A stretch of 50,522 bases of DNA from Bacillota bacterium (lineage in GTDB: Bacteria; Bacillota; Clostridia; Tissierellales; Peptoniphilaceae). A program made the translations under genes and the position numbers. Shown here in pieces: positions 17,526 to 27,220 of this stretch. Location: the NCBI GenBank assembly GCA_023393715.1, contig JAEXCD010000091.1, positions 1 through 50,522 of the forward strand, read 5' to 3'. The first letter of the stretch is position 1. The number at the start of each line of letters is the position of its first letter. The notes beneath the pieces were generated by a model that did not search any database, was not told where the DNA came from, and saw nothing but the letters and a program-made list of their open reading frames with translations.

Positions 17526-20277
17526 GCTGACGGTATCTGCTTTCGGACCGTATGCAGGCGTGATGAAGCTGCCGCTCGATCAGTTGGGAGATCATGGATT
17601 GTACCTGATTACCGGAGACACCGGCGCGGGGAAAACGACGATTTTTGATGCGATTACGTTTGCGCTTTACGGAGAACCGAGCGGCGAGGTGCGGAGCAAA
17701 ACCATGCTGCGCAGCAAATATGCGGAGGATACGACGGAAACCTACGTCGAAATGCGGTTTTTATGCAGGGAGGAGCCCTATCTCATTCGCCGGAATCCGG
17801 AGTATGAGCGTCCCAAAAAGAGGGGCAGCGGTTACGTAAAAAAGGGAGCGGATGCGAGCCTGATCTATCCCGACGGACGCGTGGTGTCGGGACGGGCGCG
17901 CGTGGATGAAGCCATTCAGGAGATACTGGGGATCGACCGAAAACAATTCACGCGCATTTCAATGATTGCGCAGGGCGATTTTTTGAAGCTGCTCATTGCG
18001 TCGACGGAGGAGCGAAAGCTGATTTTCCGGCAGCTGTTCCGCACGGAGGCCTATCAGAGCTTTCAGGAGCGCATCAAGCGGGAGGCGCTGTCGTTGAAGC
18101 AGCAATACGGCGAGAAAAAAAGGAGCATGATGCAGTACTTATCGGAGGCGGCTGCGGAGGAAAACGAACCGTCGGCCGAGGCGCTGTGCCGCGCGCAGTC
18201 CGAGGAGGTCCCGCTTTCGCAGGTGACCTTGATTTTGGAGCAGCTGATACAGACCCAGGGAAAAAAGGAAGGGCTGCTGCAAAATCAGCTTGAGGAAACA
18301 GCGCAAAAGGCGCAGCACCTGCGTTTGCGCCTGCAGGAGCTCAGAATGCAGCAAAGCCTCAGCGAGGAATGGTCGCTGGCTCAGGCGCGCCTGCTTCGGG
18401 CGCAGCAGGAGGTGTCAAAGCGGGAGGAGGCGTACCAAACGGGTCTGACGGAGCGGGCACACGCGGATCGGCTTTTGACGGAGCTCAGCGCGCTGGAAAG
18501 CATGAGGCCGCGCTACGTGGAGCTGCAGGCGCATCGGGAGCGCTGCGAGGCGCTGCAAAAGAAACGCCTCGGGCTTCAGGAGAAAAGACAAGAGATTCTT
18601 CAGGCGATCGAAAAAGCGAAGGGCGAGCTTGAGGGAAAAAAGCAGGAGCGGACGGAGCTGGGGAACAGCGCTGCGCTGCGTGCGCGGGCAGAGGAGCAGG
18701 GGCAGCTGCACAAGGAACGGCTGAACCGCCTGACCGCCCTGAAGGAGCACGAGCAGGAGCTGAGGCGCAGGGAGCAGGAGCTGGCCAACGCGCAGCAGTC
18801 CTATCTGGCGGCGCAGCGGAGCGCATGCGCCGCTGCCGATGACCTGAATGCGATGCAGCAGGCGTTTTTGGATGCGCAGGCGGGGGTGCTGGCGGCGTCC
18901 CTGTCGGACGGACTGCCCTGTCCGGTGTGCGGCTCGACGGCGCATCCGCATCCTGCTATGAAGCGAGCCGATGCGCCGAGCGAGCAGGAGCTCGAGGCGG
19001 CAAAAAAGCGGTTCGATGAGCGAAACCGGCGCCAGGAGGCGGAAAGTGCGGCGGCGGGACGTTGGCGCGGCGAGGTGCAGACAGCGCGCAAGTTGCTTTT
19101 GGAGGAAGCGGGCGCGCTGGAAATGGATTCGGCAGCGCCGGATCTTGCCGAACAGCTCGACGAAGCATACGCCGAAGTAAAAGAGGCGATTTGCCGCCTG
19201 CGCGCGGAATACCAGCGCGCAGATCAGAACCTGCGCCGGCATGAGGAGCTGGAACGGCAAATCGGGGAAGGCGAAAGACGTCTGGAAAAGCTTCGTGCAG
19301 AGCAGCTCGAACTCGAGCGCGAGGCAGGCGCGGCGCGTTCGGAGGAACAGAGCGTCTCGGATGCGTTGGGCAAGCTGCAAAGCGAGCTCACCTATCCCGA
19401 CTTGAACGAGCTGGAGCGGGCGCTTCAGGAGCGGACGGCGGAGCGGGCGCGCCTTCTGAAAAGTGCGGAGGAAAGCCGGCGGCTGTTGGAGGAAAACCGG
19501 AGCGTACAGCGCGAAGAAAAAGCGAAGATCGGTTCCTTGGAGTCGAGGATGAAGCCGGTTTTACCGGAGGAGGAGCGTACGCTGAACGGCGAGCTGGCCG
19601 ATGTGCTCGAGCGGCAGCGCTCGCTCCAGGGCGAGCAGCTGAGGTTGAATGCGCGGCTGACGCGAAATCGCGAGATCGCCCTGCGCTTCGCAGAGCAGGA
19701 GGCCGATTCGAGGAAGCTGGAGGAGCGGCTGCAGTGGCTCATGCCCTTGTCGGATACGGCCAACGGAGCAATCAACGGGAAGGACAAGGTGATGCTTGAG
19801 GCATACGTGCAGATGCGTTACTTTGACCGCGTGCTGCGGCGCGCAAATCGACGCCTGCTCGGCATGTCCAATCATCAGTACGAGATCGTGCGGAGTACGA
19901 GCGCGGAAAACCAGCGCCAGCAGACCGGATTGGATCTCGATGTCATCGATCATTACAACGCGACGCAGCGGAGCGTCCGCACGCTGTCAGGGGGAGAGTC
20001 GTTCATGGCTTCGCTCGCACTGGCGCTCGGTTTATCCGATGAGGTGCAGGCAAGCTCCGGCGGAATCCGTCTGGAGACAATGTTTGTCGACGAGGGCTTC
20101 GGCTCTTTGGACAGCGAAACGCTGCGCCAGGCGATGCGCGTGCTCGCCGGCTTGTCCGAGGAGCAGCTTTTGGTGGGCATCATCTCACACGTAGCGGAGC
20201 TGAAGGAGAAAATCGATCGGCAGATCGTCGTCACCAAGACGCGCGACGGCGGGAGCCGGGCAGAGCTGCATCTGTGA
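17512..20277 (+). CDS. sbcC: Exonuclease SbcC (Rad50-like ATPase subunit)
   Basis: Walker A GDTGAGKTT, a very long coiled coil and the zinc hook CPVCGS. C-terminal signature LSGGESF and Walker B MFVDEGFGSLD. Overlaps sbcD by 14 nt. Confidence 0.85.
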   Translation: MRPVELTVSAFGPYAGVMKLPLDQLGDHGLYLITGDTGAGKTTIFDAITFALYGEPSGEVRSKTMLRSKYAEDTTETYVEMRFLCREEPYLIRRNPEYERPKKRGSGYVKKGADASLIYPDGRVVSGRARVDEAIQEILGIDRKQFTRISMIAQGDFLKLLIASTEERKLIFRQLFRTEAYQSFQERIKREALSLKQQYGEKKRSMMQYLSEAAAEENEPSAEALCRAQSEEVPLSQVTLILEQLIQTQGKKEGLLQNQLEETAQKAQHLRLRLQELRMQQSLSEEWSLAQARLLRAQQEVSKREEAYQTGLTERAHADRLLTELSALESMRPRYVELQAHRERCEALQKKRLGLQEKRQEILQAIEKAKGELEGKKQERTELGNSAALRARAEEQGQLHKERLNRLTALKEHEQELRRREQELANAQQSYLAAQRSACAAADDLNAMQQAFLDAQAGVLAASLSDGLPCPVCGSTAHPHPAMKRADAPSEQELEAAKKRFDERNRRQEAESAAAGRWRGEVQTARKLLLEEAGALEMDSAAPDLAEQLDEAYAEVKEAICRLRAEYQRADQNLRRHEELERQIGEGERRLEKLRAEQLELEREAGAARSEEQSVSDALGKLQSELTYPDLNELERALQERTAERARLLKSAEESRRLLEENRSVQREEKAKIGSLESRMKPVLPEEERTLNGELADVLERQRSLQGEQLRLNARLTRNREIALRFAEQEADSRKLEERLQWLMPLSDTANGAINGKDKVMLEAYVQMRYFDRVLRRANRRLLGMSNHQYEIVRSTSAENQRQQTGLDLDVIDHYNATQRSVRTLSGGESFMASLALALGLSDEVQASSGGIRLETMFVDEGFGSLDSETLRQAMRVLAGLSEEQLLVGIISHVAELKEKIDRQIVVTKTRDGGSRAELHL

Positions 20278-20333
20278 CGCGGTCGGAGCGAAAGGGAGGG
20301 CGAACCGATTTTGGACAATGTGGCGATCGCGCA

Positions 20334-20361
20334 TTGACAAAACGGGAAAATATGGCATAAT
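20334..20361 (+). promoter_or_regulatory. Sigma-A promoter of the metG leader
   Basis: TTGACA (20334-20339), 16 nt, CATAAT (20356-20361) with an upstream TG (extended -10). Confidence 0.6.
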
Positions 20362-20367
20362 GGAGAA

Positions 20368-20577
20368 AAATATGGATGCGTTGAAGGGATGAGTAGTACG
20401 AAACGGACGCCAGAGAGCCTGCGGTTGGTGAAAGCAGGTCGTCACGTCGGGATGAAGATGACCCCGGAGCACAGTGCGGTGGCGCCGTTATCGCCGAGGA
20501 AGGAAACTTCCCGTAAGCCCCTTTTGGGGAAAATCAGAGTGGTACCGCGGTCTTCGCCTCTGGCGAAGGCCTTTTTT
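20368..20577 (+). promoter_or_regulatory. T-box riboswitch leader, Met specifier
   Basis: AGTA box (gagtagtacg), AGAGA (20412-20416) and the distal-loop GGTGAAA. AUG triplets on the 3' side of the specifier loop (20452-20454 and 20458-20460) and the F-box CCGTTA. T-box motif AAATCAGAGTGGTACCGCG (20531-20549), then a 10-bp terminator stem (20549-20571) and a T run. Confidence 0.85.
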
Positions 20578-20634
20578 ATTACCAAAAAACGGAAGGCAAA
20601 CCGGCATTCAGCCAAATATGAGGAGGATACCAAC

Positions 20635-22707
20635 ATGTGCGAACACGAAAGACACGAGCATTGCTCCTGTGAACACGATCACGGGAAACAACCGTTCTAT
20701 ATCACTGCGCCGATTTATTATCCGAGTGCGAATCTGCACCTGGGAAACACGTACACGAGCATTATCTGCGATGCGGTGAAGCGGCTGAAAATCGAGCAGG
20801 GCTACGACGCCTACTACGTAACCGGCTCCGATGAGCACGGGGAAAAGCTGGCGCGTGCCGCGGAGGATCACGGAAAGAAGCCGCTGGAATACATCGACCC
20901 CATCGTCGATTCGATGAAGGTGCTGTGGAAGATGCTGGACGTCGAACCGGACACGTTTGTCCGTTCGACCAGCGAGGAGCATGCGCGGGACGCTGAACGC
21001 ATTTTCCAGAAGCTGTACGACAAGGGTGACATCTACAAGGACGTCTATAAGGGATACTACTGTACGCCGTGCGAGGCGTTTTGGACGGAGGTGCAGGCAA
21101 AGGACGGCCTGTGTCCGGATTGCGGGCGGCCGGTTCAGTACCGCGAGGAGGAGAGCTATTTCTTCCGGCTCTCCAAGTACCAGGATCGCCTGATGAAGTA
21201 CTATGAGGATCATCCGAATTTCATCAAGCCGGACAACCGGCAGCGCGAGATGATCGGCTCCTTCTTCAAGGACGGTCTGGAGGACCTTTCGGTGTCCCGG
21301 ACTCGTCTCGATTGGGGCGTTCCGGTGCCGTTCGATCCCAAGCACGTAATGTATGTGTGGGTGGATGCGCTGTCCTGTTATCTGACGGGCGTCGGGTACA
21401 CCTCCGATCCGGCGAAGTTCGATCGGTACTGGCCGGCGTCGGTTCATTTCATCGGCCGCGATATCGTGCGCTTCCACACGATTATCTGGCCCGCCATTCT
21501 GATGGCGGCGGAGCTGCCGCTGCCGGAGCAGGTGTTTGCACACGGATGGATCTTGTTCGACAACGACAAGATGAGCAAATCCAAGGGTAACATCATCTAT
21601 CCGGAGCCGCTGGTTGAGCTGTATGGGCGCGATGCGCTGAAATACTTCATTCTGAGGGAATTCAACTTCGGTTCGGACGGCAGCTTCTCGTCGAAAAAAT
21701 TTATTCAGCGTCTGAACTCCGATTTGGCAAACGATCTGGGCAACCTCGTTTCGCGCTCGGTCGCGATGGTCGAAAAGTATAACGGCGGGATCGTTCCCGA
21801 AAAGGGGCTGGCCGGAGAGGTCGACGCACAGCTGGTCGAGCAGCAGCGCAAGACGCTGTCCGAGCTGGAGCGCTGGATGGAGGAATACAACTTCCAAAAC
21901 GGTTTGGAGGCGATCTGGGCGCTCATCCGCCGGACGAACAAGTATATCGACGAAACTGCGCCGTGGGTACTGGCGAAGGAGCAGAATACCGGGCGCCTGA
22001 ATACGGTGCTGTACCGGCTCGTCGACAGCCTGCGGTCGATTGCGACGCTGTTAATTCCCTTTATGCCGGAAACAGCGGACAAAATTTTCGCACAGCTCAA
22101 TATTGCGAAGCAGCCGTGGACGAGCTCGGCGCAGGAGGATCTCTATCCGGCGGGTCAAAAGCTTGTTCGCGCAGATGCGCTGTTCCCGCGCCTCGATGTC
22201 GAAAAGGAGCTGGTGCGCCTGCATAGTGCAAACAACCAGCTGATTGCTGAGCGCCTGGGCATCAGCCTGGAGGAGCTCACGGCAATGCAGCAGGAGGGCG
22301 CTTCAAAAGCAGAGGAGCCGGGCGAAGCGCCATCGGAGGAGAAAGCGGCCGGGGAAAAGAAGGAAGCGGAAGAAATCGCAGAAATCTCCTTTGAGGATTT
22401 TGCAAAGGTGAAGCTGCGCCTTGGCGAAATCATCCGGTGCGAGCCGCATCCCAACGCGGATCGCCTCTTTGTCGAGACCGTTGATTTCGGAGATGAGACG
22501 CGGACGATTGTTTCGGGATTGCGCGGTCATTACGAGCCGGAGGAGCTGATCGGGAAAAAGGTTGTTTTCGTCGTCAACTTAAAAGCGAGAAAAATCCGCG
22601 GCATTGAGTCGCATGGCATGATTCTGGCGGCAGAGTGGGAGGAGACGGGTCAGCTGTCCGTCCTTACGCCGCTGTCCGAGATTCCCAAGGGAGCGTGGCT
22701 GTCGTGA
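20635..22707 (+). CDS. metG: Methionine--tRNA ligase
   Basis: PIYYPSANLHLGNTYT (HIGH-region), zinc knuckles CTPC...CPDC and KMSKS. C-terminal Trbp111/EMAP-like tRNA-binding domain (KLRLGEIIRCEPHPNADRL). AGGAGGA lies 8 nt upstream of ATG 20635. The ORF-track extension to 20389 covers the T-box leader. Confidence 0.9.
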   Translation: MCEHERHEHCSCEHDHGKQPFYITAPIYYPSANLHLGNTYTSIICDAVKRLKIEQGYDAYYVTGSDEHGEKLARAAEDHGKKPLEYIDPIVDSMKVLWKMLDVEPDTFVRSTSEEHARDAERIFQKLYDKGDIYKDVYKGYYCTPCEAFWTEVQAKDGLCPDCGRPVQYREEESYFFRLSKYQDRLMKYYEDHPNFIKPDNRQREMIGSFFKDGLEDLSVSRTRLDWGVPVPFDPKHVMYVWVDALSCYLTGVGYTSDPAKFDRYWPASVHFIGRDIVRFHTIIWPAILMAAELPLPEQVFAHGWILFDNDKMSKSKGNIIYPEPLVELYGRDALKYFILREFNFGSDGSFSSKKFIQRLNSDLANDLGNLVSRSVAMVEKYNGGIVPEKGLAGEVDAQLVEQQRKTLSELERWMEEYNFQNGLEAIWALIRRTNKYIDETAPWVLAKEQNTGRLNTVLYRLVDSLRSIATLLIPFMPETADKIFAQLNIAKQPWTSSAQEDLYPAGQKLVRADALFPRLDVEKELVRLHSANNQLIAERLGISLEELTAMQQEGASKAEEPGEAPSEEKAAGEKKEAEEIAEISFEDFAKVKLRLGEIIRCEPHPNADRLFVETVDFGDETRTIVSGLRGHYEPEELIGKKVVFVVNLKARKIRGIESHGMILAAEWEETGQLSVLTPLSEIPKGAWLS

Positions 22708-23525
22708 CGCGTTGGATCGTGGATGCACATGCGCATCTCGACGACGAGGCCTTTGACACAGACCGGGAGGAGGTTATCCGCCGCCTCCCGGAATGCGGTG
22801 TTCTGGCGGTGGTCAACCCCGGCTGTGACCTCGAAACCTCCCGGCGCGCGGTGACGCTTTCGCATCAATATGAGCGTATTTTTGCCTGCGTCGGAACACA
22901 TCCGCACGAAGCGCAGTATTATACCGCCGAAACGGAACAGGCGTATCGAGAATGGGCGGGGGATTCGCGCGTCGTCGCAATCGGCGAAATCGGGCTGGAT
23001 TATCATTACGATTTTTCGCCGCGGGAAACCCAGCGAGCCGTTTTTGAGCGCCAGCTTGATCTGGCGCGTTCGCTGAACATGCCGGTCGTCATTCACACGC
23101 GCGAGGCGATACAGGACACGTATGACATTATGAAAAATTTTGGGACGGGGATTCGCGCGCTGATGCATTCCTTCTCGGAGTCCGTCGAGATGGCGGAGAA
23201 GTTTTTCGATCTCGGGTACTGCATTTCCCTGGGCGGGATCGCGACGTTCAAAAATGCCAAAAAGCCGGCAGCGCTCGTCCGCATTGCACCGAAGGAAAGG
23301 CTTCTTTTAGAGACAGACAGTCCGTATCTGGCGCCGGTGCCCAAGCGGGGCAGGCGCAACGAACCGTGCTTTGCAAACTTTACGCTGGAGCATATGGCGC
23401 AGATTCGCGGCGTCAGCGCGGAGGAATTGGCGGAGACGACGGTGGAAAACGCCGCTCGTTTTTATCGCGTAGAGGAGTCGTTTCAGGCGCTGCGCGCGTG
23501 TGCGAACGGTGAGGAGATGCGATGA
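22704..23525 (+). CDS. tatD: TatD family metal-dependent hydrolase/DNase
   Basis: DAHAHLD, GEIGLDYHY, VVIHTREA, HSF and ETDSPYL motifs. The likely GTG start at 22704 overlaps the metG stop (GTGA); GTG 22719 is an alternative. Confidence 0.8.
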   Translation: MTRWIVDAHAHLDDEAFDTDREEVIRRLPECGVLAVVNPGCDLETSRRAVTLSHQYERIFACVGTHPHEAQYYTAETEQAYREWAGDSRVVAIGEIGLDYHYDFSPRETQRAVFERQLDLARSLNMPVVIHTREAIQDTYDIMKNFGTGIRALMHSFSESVEMAEKFFDLGYCISLGGIATFKNAKKPAALVRIAPKERLLLETDSPYLAPVPKRGRRNEPCFANFTLEHMAQIRGVSAEELAETTVENAARFYRVEESFQALRACANGEEMR

Positions 23526-24124
23526 TGCCGAAACCATCAAACGAGACGAATCCACAGATGGCGATCCGGGAGATCGTCGTCGTAGAGGGGAAGGACGATG
23601 TCGAGGCGGTGAAGCGGGCGGTAGCCTGTGAATGCATTATCACGCACGGCCACGGTTTTGGCGATCGGCTGCTCGATCAGCTGGAGCTGCTGCAGGAGCG
23701 CCGCGGCCTGATTGTATTCACCGATCCGGACTATGCCGGAAAAAAGATCCGCGCGCGGATTCGGGAGCGAATCCCCGAGGCCAAGCACGCTTTTCTCAGC
23801 AGACAGCGTGCGCTTCGCGGAGACGATATCGGCGTGGAAAATGCCTCGCCAGAGGCGATCCGGGAAGCCCTGTCCCGGGCTCATGCCGAGTGGGCCGAGC
23901 GGCGGACGGAATTTTCGCGTGAAGAATTGCGGTCTTTGGGGCTGGAGGGCGGCAGCGGAGCAAAGGAGCTTCGCATTCGCCTGTGCGATCTGCTCGGCAT
24001 CGGCTATGCCAACGCAAAGCAGCTGGTCGCGCGGCTCAATGCCTTTGATATCAGCAGAGACGATTTTGAAGAAGCGCTTCGCAGAGCGCGGGAATCGGCC
24101 GGGGCGGCAGGAGAGAAGCGATGA
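23522..24124 (+). CDS. rnmV: Ribonuclease M5 (5S rRNA maturase, Toprim domain)
   Basis: Toprim motifs VVVEGKDD and FTDPDYAGKKIR. ATGA overlap with tatD. Conserved position upstream of rsmA. Confidence 0.85.
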   Translation: MMPKPSNETNPQMAIREIVVVEGKDDVEAVKRAVACECIITHGHGFGDRLLDQLELLQERRGLIVFTDPDYAGKKIRARIRERIPEAKHAFLSRQRALRGDDIGVENASPEAIREALSRAHAEWAERRTEFSREELRSLGLEGGSGAKELRIRLCDLLGIGYANAKQLVARLNAFDISRDDFEEALRRARESAGAAGEKR

Positions 24125-25002
24125 CGGAACAACGGGAACGGCTGTATTCGCCGAAAAAAATCAAGCAGGTGATGAAGTCGGCCGGAATCGACTTTAATAA
24201 AAGGCTGGGACAAAACTTTTTAATGGACGGCAATATCGTCCGAAAGATTGCGGACAGCGCCGATATCGGCCCGGAGGATGTCGTATTGGAGATAGGTCCG
24301 GGCATAGGGACGATGACGGAGGAGCTCCTTCTTCGGGCAAAAAAGGTGATTGCCGTCGAAATTGACGATCGCCTGATTCCCGTTTTGCAGGAGATGCTCA
24401 GGGACTTTGATCACTTCCGCCTCGTTCATGCCGACGCGATGCAGCTCGATTTTCGAGCGCTGTTTGCCCGGGAGGCGCCGGGCGAGCGCATCAAGCTGGT
24501 GGCCAACCTTCCGTACTATATTACGACGCCCCTTCTGCAGCGATTTATGGAGGAGGAGCTGCCGATCGATTCCTGTACGGTGATGGTTCAAAAGGAGGTC
24601 GCCGAACGGATTCTGGCGGAGCCGTCGACAAAGGAATATGGTGCGTTGACCCTGTTCATCGCCTGCTTTATGGAGGCGTCGTTAGCGCTGCGGGCGCCGA
24701 AGGAGGTGTTTATGCCTCAACCGAAGGTTGATTCGATGGTCGTTCACCTCAAGCGCCGCATGCCGCCGAACGGTGTGGATGTCGCCCGGCTGACGCAGCT
24801 CATTCAGGTTTGCTTTCAGCAGCGCCGGAAAACCGTCGCGAATTCGTTATCGCAGGCCGCCGGCGTCGATAAAAAGCGGCTCAGCCGTCTGCTTCAGGAA
24901 TGCGCCGTTTCGGGATCTGCCCGCGCGGAAAATCTGACCCTGGCGGATTTTGTGCGCATTGCGCAGCGCCTCGACGCAGAGGCGCGGCAACGGGACGTTT
25001 GA
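24121..25002 (+). CDS. rsmA: 16S rRNA (adenine1518/1519-N6)-dimethyltransferase RsmA/KsgA
   Basis: LGQNFL, EIGPGIGTMT and NLPYYITTP motifs. ATGA overlap with rnmV. Confidence 0.9.
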   Translation: MTEQRERLYSPKKIKQVMKSAGIDFNKRLGQNFLMDGNIVRKIADSADIGPEDVVLEIGPGIGTMTEELLLRAKKVIAVEIDDRLIPVLQEMLRDFDHFRLVHADAMQLDFRALFAREAPGERIKLVANLPYYITTPLLQRFMEEELPIDSCTVMVQKEVAERILAEPSTKEYGALTLFIACFMEASLALRAPKEVFMPQPKVDSMVVHLKRRMPPNGVDVARLTQLIQVCFQQRRKTVANSLSQAAGVDKKRLSRLLQECAVSGSARAENLTLADFVRIAQRLDAEARQRDV

Positions 25003-25084
25003 AAGAGGCTGCGAGCGGGTACAATAAAAAACTGAGCGGCGGCGAAAGCCGCTTCGGCAGAAAAAGAGAAAGGAAGAACGAATC

Positions 25085-25315
25085 ATGGATCAGGTAACGG
25101 TTTTTACTTCCCCGACCTGCACGCACTGCAAGGCGGCGAAGGCTTATTTGACGGAAAAGTCGGTGGCGTTCATCGAGAGAGATATCACAAAGGATCCTGC
25201 GGCGCGCGCGGAGCTGATTTCAAAGGGCTACCGCGGCGTTCCGGTCATCCGCGTCGGCGAGGAGGATGTCCTCGGCTTTGATGCAGCGCGGCTGAATGAG
25301 CTGCTCGGTTTGTAA
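25085..25315 (+). CDS. Glutaredoxin-like small redox protein (YruB/NrdH-like)
   Basis: 76 aa with a CTHC active-site motif near the N-terminus, GVPVI, and thioredoxin-fold spacing. Confidence 0.75.
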   Translation: MDQVTVFTSPTCTHCKAAKAYLTEKSVAFIERDITKDPAARAELISKGYRGVPVIRVGEEDVLGFDAARLNELLGL

Positions 25316-25321
25316 GACAAC

Positions 25322-25349
25322 AAAAGGCGTGTGAAAACACACGCCTTTT
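25322..25349. terminator. Bidirectional intrinsic terminator between convergent genes
   Basis: AAAAGGCGTGTG-AAAA-CACACGCCTTTT is a perfect 12-bp stem with A/T runs on both sides. Confidence 0.75.
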
Positions 25350-25383
25350 GTCATTCCTTTACAATGCGCTGCGAACGAGGCGC

Positions 25384-25602
25384 TCAGCACTCGTTGAGAC
25401 GCTCCAGGAGATAGTCTACATCAAGTCCGTGAACATATGCGGCCTGCTCTAAGGATTCCATCAGAGAAGACGGGCAGCCGATGCAGCCCATGCCGCTGTT
25501 CATCAGGACCTGAATCGTACGGGGCTTTTTTCGGATGACCTCCGAAATGAGCATATCCTTGGTCAGAACGACCTGTGCATTGTCTGTGGTGTTTTGTTCC
25601 AT
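25384..25602 (-). CDS. DUF1858 domain protein (hybrid-cluster-protein-associated redox disulfide type)
   Basis: 72 aa with an MGCIGCP motif and the typical ...LEQAAYVHGLDVDYLL.. tail. AGGAGGA RBS on the minus strand. Confidence 0.65.
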   Translation of the reverse strand: MEQNTTDNAQVVLTKDMLISEVIRKKPRTIQVLMNSGMGCIGCPSSLMESLEQAAYVHGLDVDYLLERLNEC

Positions 25603-25728
25603 AATGATCCTCCTATATCACAAACAGATTCGTGTTGCAGCATTTGTTATACATCGCCACCATTATACCCCAATCTTTTGATTCCATGCACCGGAATCGG
25701 GAACCATCGTAACGAAAAGGAGAAAATC

Positions 25729-27111
25729 ATGGCATACGAAAAGAAAAAAGTATTTGACGTTTTGTCCGATGAGGAACTGCAGGAGCTCGATCGCTTTTCT
25801 TCGGAATATATTGAATTTTTATCCAAATCAAAGACGGAACGCCTGGCGGTCAAGGAGATTGTCCGCCGCGCAGAGGCCGCGGGCTTTGTCGCCTTGTCCG
25901 AGGCGCTGAAAAAAGAACGGCTGCTTCCGGGCGACAGGATCTATGCCGTCAATCATCACAAAGGCGCCGCGCTGTTCGTCCTGGGACAGGATCTGACGCA
26001 GGGCATGGATATCGTTGGCGCGCACCTCGATTCGCCGCGCCTTGACCTCAAGCCGATGCCGCTGTATGAGGACGGCAATCTGGCGCTTTTGCGCACGCAC
26101 TATTACGGCGGGATTAAAAAATACCACTGGACAAATTTACCGCTGGCGCTGCACGGAGTGATTTATACGAAATCGGGAGAGCAGGTGGAGATTTCCATCG
26201 GTGAGGATCCGCAGGATCCGGTTTTTTACATCAACGATCTGCTGATCCACCTGTCCAAGGATCAGCTGCAGAAGAAGGCGGACGAGGTGGTCACCGGCGA
26301 GCAGCTGAACATCGTCATCGGCCACAATTCGCGCGGGATGGACAGGGAATGTAAGGAGCCGGTAAAAGAGCATATCTTGCAGATGCTGAAGGAAAAATAC
26401 GGCATTGAAGAGGACGATTTCCAAATCGCCGAGATCGAAGCTGTGCCGGCAGGCCCGGCGCGGGAGGTCGGCCTGGACCGCGCGCTCATTGCCGGACACG
26501 GGCACGATGATCGCGTGTGCTCTTTTGCGGGGCTGTCGGGAATCCTGTCGGTCGAAAAACCGGAGCGCACCGCCGTCGCGCTCTTCGTCGACAAGGAGGA
26601 GATCGGCTCCGTAGGCAATACGGGGATGACCTCCCGGTTTTTTGAAAATGTCGTCGCCGAGCTGTTAAACCACATTCGCCCGGTCTACTCGGAGCTTGAT
26701 CTGCGCCGTGCGATGGCCTGCTCGCGTGTGCTTTCCGCGGATGTCAACACGGCCTACGATCCGTGCTTCCCCGAGGTGGTGGAACGCTCGAATGCGGCGG
26801 CAATGGGCTGCGGCGTGTGTCTTTCCAAGTATACGGGCTCCCGCGGCAAGGGCGGCTCCAACGACGCAAACGCAGAATTTCTGAATGAGGTTCGCCAGAT
26901 CTTTGACCGTCACGGCGTTGTCTGGCAGACGGGCGAGCTGGGCGCGGTCGACCAGGGCGGCGGCGGAACGATCGCTTACATCCTGGCGGAATACGGGGCG
27001 CAGGTTGTCGACTGCGGCACGGGCATGCTGTCCATGCATGCGCCGATTGAGCTGGTGAGCAAGGCGGATGCGTATGAGACGTACCGCGCGTACAAGGCAT
27101 TTCTGAGCTGA
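25729..27111 (+). CDS. M18 family aminopeptidase
   Basis: GAHLDSPRLDLKP, GHGHDDRVC, DKEEIGS and SMHAP motifs. ATG 25729 follows AAGGAGAA. The ORF-track start 25594 overlaps the divergent gene. Confidence 0.8.
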   Translation: MAYEKKKVFDVLSDEELQELDRFSSEYIEFLSKSKTERLAVKEIVRRAEAAGFVALSEALKKERLLPGDRIYAVNHHKGAALFVLGQDLTQGMDIVGAHLDSPRLDLKPMPLYEDGNLALLRTHYYGGIKKYHWTNLPLALHGVIYTKSGEQVEISIGEDPQDPVFYINDLLIHLSKDQLQKKADEVVTGEQLNIVIGHNSRGMDRECKEPVKEHILQMLKEKYGIEEDDFQIAEIEAVPAGPAREVGLDRALIAGHGHDDRVCSFAGLSGILSVEKPERTAVALFVDKEEIGSVGNTGMTSRFFENVVAELLNHIRPVYSELDLRRAMACSRVLSADVNTAYDPCFPEVVERSNAAAMGCGVCLSKYTGSRGKGGSNDANAEFLNEVRQIFDRHGVVWQTGELGAVDQGGGGTIAYILAEYGAQVVDCGTGMLSMHAPIELVSKADAYETYRAYKAFLS

Positions 27112-27165
27112 TCGAGAAAGATCAAATTTAGGCTTGACAAATCGGACAAAATGAAGTAATCGCTC

Positions 27166-27194
27166 TTGACGAAAAGTTACAACGGTGTTACAAT
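27166..27194 (+). promoter_or_regulatory. Sigma-A promoter of veg
   Basis: TTGACG (27166-27171), 17 nt, TACAAT (27189-27194) with an upstream TG (extended -10). Confidence 0.6.
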
Positions 27195-27220
27195 TAGTAA
27201 ACAGACGTTTCTCGGTACGG

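Noticed and set aside
16380-20277. SbcD/SbcC considered as an SMC-type defence system (Lamassu/Wadjet-like)
   Set aside because: Both proteins have the canonical Mre11/Rad50-type motifs, a zinc hook and overlapping gene organisation typical of housekeeping sbcDC. There are no extra effector or kleisin-like genes.
20389-20634. 82-codon N-terminal extension of the metG ORF
   Set aside because: The region folds into a canonical T-box leader with a terminator. The RBS and ATG at 20635 follow that terminator.
18415-21897. Long antisense ORFs inside sbcC (18415-19380) and metG (20608-21897)
   Set aside because: These are GC-rich antisense-frame artefacts with no start context or motifs. The sense genes are well supported.
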